DNA of 64,000 nucleotides from Candidatus Poribacteria bacterium (GTDB lineage Bacteria; Poribacteria; WGA-4E; WGA-3G): NCBI GenBank assembly GCA_964291315.2, contig OZ219753.1, positions 2,176,001 to 2,240,000 of the forward strand, read 5' to 3'. Shown piece by piece: positions 56,105 to 64,000 of this stretch (position 1 is its first letter; each line of letters starts with the position of its first letter). The notes under the pieces were generated by a model. It saw only the letters and a program-made list of their open reading frames with translations, ran no database searches and was not told where the DNA came from. The position numbers and the translations under genes were made by a program.

Positions 56105-57391
56105 TCAGACAGATGCTAATACAATTGAGAGTTCCGCCTCCGTTGCAAGTTGGTCACCGACATAAACGCGTCCTTGAATGCGTGCAATCCTGCTCCTTAG
56201 CTGCACCACTTCTATTTCCAACCGGAGTTGATCCCCTGGAACAACAGCGCGCCGGAAGGTAGCCTTGCTGATAGATCGAAAATAGCCAAGTTCGCCTTTC
56301 TTACCGATATCTTGCAGCACGAGCCACGCTGCGAGCTGTGCAAGTGCTTCAATTTGTAGTACGCCCGGCATCACCGGTTGGGTTGGGAAATGTCCCTCAA
56401 AAATTGGTTCGTTGTAGGTCACGTTCTTGATACCGACGGCGCGTTTTTTACTTTCATATTTAATAATTCTATCAACCATACACATCGGGTGGCGGTGTGG
56501 CAGTACTTCATAAATATCCATCACTTCAATAGGTTCTTGAATGGGTAGCTGCTGAAGACACCCGGCTTCACCAAGGGCGTGTACAAATTCAGCATGGAAG
56601 GTATGTCCAGTCCGCATCGCGATAACGTGTGCCTTTGGTAAGCACCCTGCAAGATAAAGATCTCCAACCAAGTCCAAGATTTTGTGTCGGACAAACTCAT
56701 CCTTAAATCGGAGGGGGGTGCTCGGTACGCCGATCTCATTGATAACCAAGACGTTATCATAACTTGCTCCTTTACCGATACCGAGTGCCTGAAGTGCTTC
56801 AATTTCGTTCTCAAAACAGAACGTTCGGGCCGGCGCAATCTCACGGGCATAAGATTCCGGGGTTATTTCAAGCGTCAAGACTTGAGGGTCTATCTGTGGA
56901 TGTGCATAAACAAAAGTTACCATCAGTGCGTCGGCTGGAAGCAAAACGAGTTGTCTATCCGCAGCAGAGATCGAAAAGGGTTCATCGACCTCAATAAAGC
57001 GGCGTTGGGCATCTTGTGTAACAAGTCCTACCTTCTGAATGTCCTCGACATACCGTTTTGCCCCGCCATCAAGCGCAGGTGGCTCCGTTGCATCTAATTC
57101 CAGTACGACATTATCAACATTTAACCCGCCTAGCGCGGAAAGGATATGCTCAACACTACTAACCGTCGCTTCCCCACTACGCAAACTGGTACATCTGGGT
57201 AGAAGGTCTGCCCAATTATCAGGGCATACCTTCACTTCTGGTGCCCCTGCCATATCTACACGTCGAAAAACAATACCGAAGTCTGGTGGTGCTGGTTTTA
57301 AGGTTAAGGCTACAGCTTCGCCTAACATTAACCCTTTTCCCGTAATTGTCACCTCGCTCTGAATTGTCTTCTGTGAATCTGCCTTTGTCAT
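56105..57391 (-). CDS. lpxC/fabZ: Bifunctional LpxC-FabZ fusion
   Basis: VEHILSAL, EIAPARTF, RHKILDLVGDL (LpxC); LPHRHP, EGHFP..PVMPGVLQIEAL (FabZ). Confidence 0.93.
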   Translation of the reverse strand: MTKADSQKTIQSEVTITGKGLMLGEAVALTLKPAPPDFGIVFRRVDMAGAPEVKVCPDNWADLLPRCTSLRSGEATVSSVEHILSALGGLNVDNVVLELDATEPPALDGGAKRYVEDIQKVGLVTQDAQRRFIEVDEPFSISAADRQLVLLPADALMVTFVYAHPQIDPQVLTLEITPESYAREIAPARTFCFENEIEALQALGIGKGASYDNVLVINEIGVPSTPLRFKDEFVRHKILDLVGDLYLAGCLPKAHVIAMRTGHTFHAEFVHALGEAGCLQQLPIQEPIEVMDIYEVLPHRHPMCMVDRIIKYESKKRAVGIKNVTYNEPIFEGHFPTQPVMPGVLQIEALAQLAAWLVLQDIGKKGELGYFRSISKATFRRAVVPGDQLRLEIEVVQLRSRIARIQGRVYVGDQLATEAELSIVLASV

Positions 57392-57650
57392 TCTAGCTTG
57401 TCACTTTCTGTCGTTTTTCCTTATTAAATCTAATGCCGTTCTACTATACGCCGCAGGTTAGTGGTGCATAGGCGATCTGATTGAGGGTGCTCTTGCTTAA
57501 TCGCGATCGCTGCCAGTTATGAATGTTGTCTAACGATTGGATCAAGATTTTGCTACCACAGAGCGTTCTGCTCTTTAACAGGGCGTTTTACAATGCTTAT
57601 AGCAAAAATGCGGTTCATGTCCAATAATTAGCAACCAGATTTCTTCACGT

Positions 57651-58667
57651 CTACTGGGAGCGAGAAGTGCGTCGTACTTTTCTCACCATCCTATTATGTT
57701 CTGAAAGCGTTTTGGAAAAATGATGTTTTCCTTTGCCTATTGCCACGAAATAGAAGTAGTCGGTTTTTTCGGGGCGTAGTGCTGCTTTAATAGAATCAAT
57801 GCCCGGACTTGCGATGGGTCCAGGGGGCAAACCTTTATACCTATATGTGTTATAAGGCGAATCTACACGCAGGTCGGCTTTTGTCAAGAGGCGTTCCGGA
57901 TTCCCCAGGGCGTAAATTACTGTAGGGTCGGCCTGGAGTCGCCACCCGTGTTTGAGGCGATTGTGAAAAACACTTGCGATTCGAGGGCGCTCTGATTTGG
58001 ATTGTGCTTCCTTTTCAATAATGGAGGCAAGCGTTACGATCTCATGGCGTGTGTGTCCTAAATCACTCGCCTCCTTGTCAAAGGTTCCAGTCCATCGCTT
58101 TGTGAATTCATTAAGCATCATCTCAACGACTTTTTCTGCGGTTGTGCCTTTCGCGAATGTGTAAGTATTCGGAAACAGATAGCCTTCCACTGTTTTGTCC
58201 TCAAGTCCATACCGTTTCAACAAATCCTGAGTTTCAAAGGCTTTCTGAAACGTTGCTGCGGTTCCGAAACCATCGATTTCCCAGAGGTCCGCGATGGCAG
58301 CGCGCGTTAAGCCTTCTGGCACTGTCCAACTTATGAGCATAACCTGCCCGTTTTCAAGCGCATCAAGGATATCTGACAAAGCCATATTTCGCCGTAATGC
58401 ATAAGTCCCCGCTTGCAAACGTCTACCTATTCTCCTGTGTCGAACAGCCAAACGAAAAATATATTCACTTCGAATTAATTTTTCTGCAGCCAACTGTTTT
58501 GCAATCGTCCGCGAATTGCTCCCAACCGGTATATTGAAATTGACAACAACTTCTGAAGAAGAGGGGGCGGTCATCAAAAACACTACAATCAACGAAACAA
58601 TAAGGCAGAGAATAGCGAAGCTACACAACGTCAATAAAGCTATTCTCATCTTTCTGATTTTTCCCAT
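57651..58667 (-). CDS. mltG: Endolytic transglycosylase MltG
   Basis: N-terminal TM, TVPEG, EGYLFPNTY, LASIIEKE, LQADPTV, SPYNTY...GLPPGPI. Confidence 0.93.
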   Translation of the reverse strand: MGKIRKMRIALLTLCSFAILCLIVSLIVVFLMTAPSSSEVVVNFNIPVGSNSRTIAKQLAAEKLIRSEYIFRLAVRHRRIGRRLQAGTYALRRNMALSDILDALENGQVMLISWTVPEGLTRAAIADLWEIDGFGTAATFQKAFETQDLLKRYGLEDKTVEGYLFPNTYTFAKGTTAEKVVEMMLNEFTKRWTGTFDKEASDLGHTRHEIVTLASIIEKEAQSKSERPRIASVFHNRLKHGWRLQADPTVIYALGNPERLLTKADLRVDSPYNTYRYKGLPPGPIASPGIDSIKAALRPEKTDYFYFVAIGKGKHHFSKTLSEHNRMVRKVRRTSRSQ

Positions 58668-58723
58668 CGTCAATATTTCTTTCGCGGGAGCGACACGCCG
58701 ATAATGCAATACCTAAATGAAAA

Positions 58724-59170
58724 TTAGATGTTCTCTGTCGATGCTGGAGAAGTGATCTCCTGACAGCGATTCAAATAATCTCTCAAAATCAGTACTGCTG
58801 CGACCTCATCTAGGATCCCCTTCTGATCCTTCGTGTTTTTGTTAAGCTCCCGTAGAATTTCTTCTGCTTCAGCTGTCGTGAAACGTTCATCCTGAAATTC
58901 GATTGGAACGTCGATTGCATGTTCCAAGCGTTTTGCAAACTTCTGAACCTTCTCTGCCTGTGCGCCGAGAGAACCGTCGAGTGAAATAGGCAAACCGATG
59001 ATAATACGTTCCACCTTGTGGATAGAGACGAGGTCTGCGATAACAATTAGATCCACCTGGCGATTTTTCCGAGTCAACGTGCACAGCGGGTGCGCCGCGA
59101 CCTCAAGCGAATCACTGATTGCGACCCCGATGCGCGTATCTCCGATGTCCAAACCAAGTAAAACCGCCAT
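58724..59170 (-). CDS. ruvX: YqgF/RuvX family nuclease
   Basis: LGLDIGDTRIGVAISD, IGLP, DERFTT, D.VAA.LIL. Confidence 0.93.
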   Translation of the reverse strand: MAVLLGLDIGDTRIGVAISDSLEVAAHPLCTLTRKNRQVDLIVIADLVSIHKVERIIIGLPISLDGSLGAQAEKVQKFAKRLEHAIDVPIEFQDERFTTAEAEEILRELNKNTKDQKGILDEVAAVLILRDYLNRCQEITSPASTENI

Positions 59171-59191
59171 TGTCGTTACCTTTTACGTTTT

Positions 59192-59450
59192 TTATTTTAA
59201 ATCTAAAAACTCATACGGATTTATTCCCGCATCCGTTTTATTTATTGCCTTAACGTCATCACGCAAGACAGAGAAACCGTTTTTAACGAGATGCGTTGTG
59301 CCAAGCGTCCCGTTTGCACTCCTAATTATCTTACGGACAGTTCCATCAGGTATATTTATATCACTATACTCTACATATGTCATGTTCGGATAAAGCGGAT
59401 AGACTAGACCACTACCTATCAAAACACTCGATACACGCTTGGCACTCTAA
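59192..59450 (-). pseudogene. C-terminal fragment homologous to the 3539-4279 protein
   Basis: GSGLVYPLYPNMTYV and GINPYEFLDLK vs GNGLVYPTYPGAVYI and GIDPYTFLNLQ; in-frame TAG just upstream, no N-terminal TM region. Confidence 0.6.
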
Positions 59451-59679
59451 TTCCAGATTCTGAATCAACATTCTGTGCCTCAACCTTGGTGCTAGCGATT
59501 AGAAAGTAAATCATGTGACATAATTTCACCTGTCTCACAAAATGGAATATCGGTTTTCAAACCCTTCTGCTAACCTTATAAAGCAATTGCAAACTTGAAA
59601 ATGTCACTTTTAAGAATTTTACACGAAAAGTCATGTATAGTCAAGAAAAATCTCATGTATACAGCATTAGAACAGAAAC

Positions 59680-59708
59680 TTGATAAATTAAGGTGGGGCT
59701 GCTATAAT
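59680..59708 (+). promoter_or_regulatory. Sigma70-like promoter (extended -10) for the methyltransferase
   Basis: TTGATA-17 nt-TATAAT with TG at the extended position. Confidence 0.55.
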
Positions 59709-59814
59709 TTTATACGAAGATAGCAGCATGCCCGGAAAACCGAGATAAATTAACCTTCTGCTTCCAGCACAAGCATAACCACGCCACCATCATTAACCGG
59801 AATGGAGTCTTAGT

Positions 59815-60708
59815 ATGTCAAAACATCACCTCTATTATGGCGACAACCTTGCAATTCTCCAGAGGTATATTCCTGATGACAGTATCAATTTAATCTATAT
59901 CGATCCGCCGTTCAACACCGGTAAATTCCAGAAACGAACAGAAATTCATGTCAAACCCGACACCCACGGCGATCGAGTCGGCTTCCAAGGTAGAACTTAC
60001 CAAACCCGCAAAGGTAAAACCACATCCTATACGGATAAGTTTGAAAGTTCAGACGCGTACTTGCAGTTCTTGCGTCCTCGTTTTGAAGAAGCATATCGGG
60101 CGCTGCACCCACACGGCAGCTTCTTCCTCCATATTGATTACCGAGAAGTCCATTATTGTAAAGTGATGCTCGATGAAATTTTCGGGCGAGAATCATTTAT
60201 GAATGAGATTATCTGGGCTTATGATTATGGCGGCAGACCTAAATCTCGCTGGCCGGCCAAGCACGATAATATCCTATGGTACGCTAAAGACCCGAAACAC
60301 TATACTTTCAATTTCGATCAGATGGACAGGATCCCTTACATGGCACCGGGGCTTGTGAGTAAAGAGAAAGCGGCGCGCGGTAAAACACCGACAGATGTTT
60401 GGTGGCACACCATCGTCAGCACCGGCGGAAAAGAGAAGACCGGTTATCCGACACAGAAACCGCTCGGTGTTCTGAATCGCATCGTTAAAGTACACTCATC
60501 GCTAGATGACACGCTCTTGGATTTTTTTGCCGGCAGTGGGACTTTCGGTGAGTCCGCGGCATTGCACAACCGTTCTTCAATCTTAATTGATCGCAACCCA
60601 CCTGCGATTAAAATTATTATGGACAGATTGGCACTCTATGGCATTGAGCTGGTCAATACGGATTACAATAGATTGATGGAGGCAGGAAATGAGACATCTT
60701 CCGCTTAG
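59815..60708 (+). CDS. Beta-class N6-adenine/N4-cytosine DNA methyltransferase
   Basis: YIDPPF precedes YPTQKP and LDFFAGSGT. Confidence 0.92.
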   Translation: MSKHHLYYGDNLAILQRYIPDDSINLIYIDPPFNTGKFQKRTEIHVKPDTHGDRVGFQGRTYQTRKGKTTSYTDKFESSDAYLQFLRPRFEEAYRALHPHGSFFLHIDYREVHYCKVMLDEIFGRESFMNEIIWAYDYGGRPKSRWPAKHDNILWYAKDPKHYTFNFDQMDRIPYMAPGLVSKEKAARGKTPTDVWWHTIVSTGGKEKTGYPTQKPLGVLNRIVKVHSSLDDTLLDFFAGSGTFGESAALHNRSSILIDRNPPAIKIIMDRLALYGIELVNTDYNRLMEAGNETSSA

Positions 60709-61255
60709 TCCAGATGTAAGAGAGATAATCTCTATTGCTGAAGACTTACGCAATAATTATAGCGACTACGATTTGGATTGGATAGGAAGTCCCTTTGCTT
60801 GGATTGAATCTTTACCCTCTAGGACAATCGGGAAAGTAGGTGAACAACTTATAGCATCTTGGTGTGCAGCACAAAATTTTGATGTTAGGTCCTCACCGGA
60901 TTCAGAAGCGGATCGTATCATTGGTGGACTAAGGGTTGAAATCAAATTCTCAACCCTATGGAAAAGCGGTATATATAAGTTTCAGCAATTGCGAAATCAA
61001 GCGTACGATGTTGTTATCTTGTTAGGAATTAGTCCGTACGATGTTCATTGTTGGGTACTAGCCAAAGAGACAATATTAGAAAAATGGAAGTCTGGAGAGG
61101 TGAAATCGCAGCACACAGGAAGTCAAGGGACGGATACCGCATGGTTATCGGTTACCCCAAGTGCTCCTCAAATCTGGCTAACGCCGCGGAGTGGTAAGCC
61201 AGCAGATGCCATCGACGTACTACGCCAATTTACTGAAACGATGCACTGTAAATAG
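60689..61255 (+). CDS. Putative PD-(D/E)XK restriction endonuclease
   Basis: GKVGEQL...ADRII...VEIKFS, FQQLR; overlaps the MTase end by 20 nt. Confidence 0.65.
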   Translation: MRHLPLSPDVREIISIAEDLRNNYSDYDLDWIGSPFAWIESLPSRTIGKVGEQLIASWCAAQNFDVRSSPDSEADRIIGGLRVEIKFSTLWKSGIYKFQQLRNQAYDVVILLGISPYDVHCWVLAKETILEKWKSGEVKSQHTGSQGTDTAWLSVTPSAPQIWLTPRSGKPADAIDVLRQFTETMHCK

Positions 61256-61474
61256 GTCGGATATGATAGTATTAAATTCGTCAGCACTAATTATTGAATT
61301 TTATTATGAAGGATGTTAGTTTCCCCACCTATATGGCTGAACAAAGAACAACTTTTTGACTATTTTCCTTGAAGCATATATGTCTAATAGACGTAAGTGC
61401 TTCTAATAGGTGGATAAAACGACGCACTTATTTTTCACCGAAGGTTTCGTTAAATAGACATTGGAGGTTACACA

Positions 61475-62146
61475 GTGAAACGATTTAAAGAGATTTCGGA
61501 ACAGATTCGAGATAGCATCGATCAATTCGTAGCGGAGGCTGATGCGGGCGGATCGGTACTTGATAAAACCGTTGTTGAGATGAAAAGGCGGATTGCCGTG
61601 GCAAAAGAGCTTGTGGCCGGAGCAATCGCTGAGAAACAAAAACTCAAGCGAGCCTATCAGGAAACAGTCAATGCCGCGGAGGTATGGGCTAAGAAGGCAG
61701 ATGCTGCTTTAAAAGATGGAGACCTCGCAGCCGCGCGAGAAGCAAGACAACACAAACGACAGATGTCACAACGCGCAAACGACTATGAACAGCAAATCCA
61801 GACACAACATGAAGTCATCACTGCCCTCAAAACGGCTCTAGACGATTTTTATCAACAGTTCCAAGAGACAGTGCAGCAGGCTGAAACGCTACAGCACACT
61901 CAAAAACAGGTAGAAACACGCCTTGAGCTCCATAAATTGCTTGCAGAAATAGAGCCTCATCTGTCCAAGGTTTTTGAAAAAGCTGATCAAAAGATAAAAA
62001 AGATCGAAGCCGAAGCCGAAGCTTGGGAAAAACTGAACTGCGGAACTGCCTCTGATCAACAGAAAACCCCAGGAGATGTTCTCAAGCTGGACCAGAAACT
62101 TGCAAAACTTAAAGCAGACATCTTGGGCAAAAAAGAAAATGATTGA
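61475..62146 (+). CDS. PspA/IM30 family coiled-coil protein
   Basis: GGAGG RBS; W.KKA..AL..GD..AAREA motif, helical throughout. Confidence 0.8.
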   Translation: MKRFKEISEQIRDSIDQFVAEADAGGSVLDKTVVEMKRRIAVAKELVAGAIAEKQKLKRAYQETVNAAEVWAKKADAALKDGDLAAAREARQHKRQMSQRANDYEQQIQTQHEVITALKTALDDFYQQFQETVQQAETLQHTQKQVETRLELHKLLAEIEPHLSKVFEKADQKIKKIEAEAEAWEKLNCGTASDQQKTPGDVLKLDQKLAKLKADILGKKEND

Positions 62147-62906
62147 GACTTTGAACCTGACAAAATATTTCGGCAAACTGTGTGCTGTAGATGAGCTGAC
62201 CTTACAAGTAAGTGGGGGGGAAATATTCGGGTTTCTAGGCCCTAACGGTGCCGGGAAAACGACAACAATCAACATGCTGACGGGCTTACTGCGTCCCACA
62301 TCAGGCACAGCGACGCTGGGCAGTTACGATATTCAGAAACAGAGTTTAAAAGCAAAATCAATTCTCGGGCTGATGCCGGACACTCCACAACTCTATGAAG
62401 CCTTAACGGGTAGACAGTTTGTCCGTATGATTGCTGATTTATATGAAGTGCCCTCCAAAAAAGCCGAATATGAGTTAGGTGTACTGCTTGAACAACTGGA
62501 GCTCGCCAATGCTGCTGACGATCAGATTAAGGCTTATTCCTACGGCATGCAGAAGAAAATTCTCCTCATCTCGCTCCTCGTACGTCATCCACAGATCCTT
62601 TTTCTTGACGAGCCCACCAGCGGACTGGATCCGAGGAGCGCACGCACTGTCAGAGAAATCTTACGGAAACGTTGTGAGCAGGGCAGCACGGTTTTTATGA
62701 CAACACATATCCTCGAAATCGCGGAACGAATGTGTGACCGAGTCGGTATTATTAGCAGAGGTCAACTCGTTGCTGTTGGAACGCTCGCTGAATTACAGCA
62801 AAAGAAGCGGGAACTACACGCACAGCCCACCCCTATAAATCAGCATTATACCGAGACATTAGAGGACATTTTTCTCGATCTTACAGCCGGTTTTTCTAAG
62901 GAATAA
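62139..62906 (+). CDS. ABC transporter ATP-binding protein
   Basis: GPNGAGKTT, YSYGM, FLDEPTSGLD, TTH. Confidence 0.93.
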   Translation: MIETLNLTKYFGKLCAVDELTLQVSGGEIFGFLGPNGAGKTTTINMLTGLLRPTSGTATLGSYDIQKQSLKAKSILGLMPDTPQLYEALTGRQFVRMIADLYEVPSKKAEYELGVLLEQLELANAADDQIKAYSYGMQKKILLISLLVRHPQILFLDEPTSGLDPRSARTVREILRKRCEQGSTVFMTTHILEIAERMCDRVGIISRGQLVAVGTLAELQQKKRELHAQPTPINQHYTETLEDIFLDLTAGFSKE

Positions 62907-62931
62907 TTCTAAGTGAGAGGGCAGAATTTAA

Positions 62932-64000
62932 ATGTTAAAAAACATCAAAATCCTCCTAAAAACAGACTGGCAAGGATGGATGAACGGTCTTAAGCACGCT
63001 GGAATAGAACGGCGGAAAAGTGGCTTGAAGGGCATCGGTTACCTGGCGCTTATCGCCGCACTATCGGTATTCGGCAGTTCGCTTTTCACCCATTTGCGGC
63101 TAACCGAGGCAAAACCTACCCTCATATTAACCGTGGTTAACGGATTCATGATCTTTGGAATTATTATCGTCGCAAAGGAATTGATGGAAAGCTCGTTAAA
63201 AACGCTCTACGAATCACCTGAAATTGTGTTATTACACGCTGCCCCGATTCAACCCGTCGCTATTTTCGGATACAAGTTCATTTACCTCACACTCACCCGT
63301 CTATTCAGCATTCTCTGTTTTTTAGGGCCCCCATGGGTCGCGTTCGGCGTAATATTCAGTCTCCCATGGCACTTTTACATAGCATTTTTTCCGATAAGTC
63401 TCTGTCTTCTGATAATAATCGCTAGTTACGTTACGATCAGCGTGATGGTGATCGCGCGTTTCTTTTCTTCGAGCAGTTTTCTCAGAATCCTCAAGGTACT
63501 TGGCACAGCGGTAGGCGTGACAATGGGGTTCCTGATATCGTTGATGCTGTTTATTGGAACCGAGGCGGTATCGGTAAAGCAATTTTTGATCAATTGGCTA
63601 TCTACTAGAACAACAGACGCGGCTGCTACTTGGTATCCGCACGAATGGATGGGGCATCTCTTGTTGAGTTGGACAACTGGATCTACAGTCGGTGTCCAAT
63701 TACGGTGGGTACTTGGCGGGTGTGGAATAAGCTTCGCCTCTGTCGGGTTGGCCGCTCTGACTGCGCAATGGATTTATCAACAGGGTTGGGAAAATATCCG
63801 CCAACTGAAAGCAAAACGGAAACTAACACGAAGCGGTACTAATGCCACGGTCTCGCGCTTAAAAAGCTACGTACTGGTATCCGGACGCGGTAAAATACGC
63901 GCCCTGATGCTAAAAGATTTCTTGGTCTTCATCAAACATAGTGGACGACTCATCGCTATTATAATGCTCACGCTCTATCTGGCAGTTCATATCGGTGTTT
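62932..64000 (+). CDS. Putative ABC transporter permease (partial, runs off the right edge)
   Basis: Read by hand: MLKNIKILLKTDWQGW...LYESPEIVLLHAAPIQPVAIFGYKF, multiple TM segments, follows the ATPase gene. Confidence 0.75.
   Translation, partial: MLKNIKILLKTDWQGWMNGLKHAGIERRKSGLKGIGYLALIAALSVFGSSLFTHLRLTEAKPTLILTVVNGFMIFGIIIVAKELMESSLKTLYESPEIVLLHAAPIQPVAIFGYKFIYLTLTRLFSILCFLGPPWVAFGVIFSLPWHFYIAFFPISLCLLIIIASYVTISVMVIARFFSSSSFLRILKVLGTAVGVTMGFLISLMLFIGTEAVSVKQFLINWLSTRTTDAAATWYPHEWMGHLLLSWTTGSTVGVQLRWVLGGCGISFASVGLAALTAQWIYQQGWENIRQLKAKRKLTRSGTNATVSRLKSYVLVSGRGKIRALMLKDFLVFIKHSGRLIAIIMLTLYLAVHIGV

Overview
Bacterial chromosomal window. Its gene-family signature (LamG proteins with a C-terminal AVxPxGKLxxTWGxLK tail, an NYPNPFNPETWIPY-type C-terminal domain, FGE-sulfatase-fold proteins, a PhyH remnant) resembles Candidatus Poribacteria; this is inference, not a database result. 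From left to right: an ABC exporter (partial) and NhaC-family antiporter; lineage-specific membrane/secreted genes with an ECF sigma factor lying between a gene and its internally deleted duplicate; five secreted carbohydrate-binding-type proteins sharing one C-terminal motif; a 12-kb, 8-gene operon (17340-29442) encoding a vWA-like lipoprotein, a 4-TM protein, an FtsZ/tubulin-like GTPase, a large actin/Hsp70-fold ATPase, a membrane-anchored protein, a ZorA/MotA-like protein with a long helical tail, a ZorB/MotB-OmpA protein and a transglutaminase-like peptidase (best candidate for an uncharacterised system); a capsule/EPS locus with four sulfotransferases and a GH79-like hydrolase; two FGE-fold secreted proteins with a duplicated unknown N-terminal domain; a CxxU selenoprotein missed by the ORF track; lpxI-lpxA-lpxC/fabZ, mltG, ruvX; a probable type II R-M pair; PspA and an ABC transporter. 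Four copies of a MITE-like intergenic element are present, one between the zorA- and zorB-like genes. No rRNA, tRNA, CRISPR array, transposase or reverse transcriptase was recognised.
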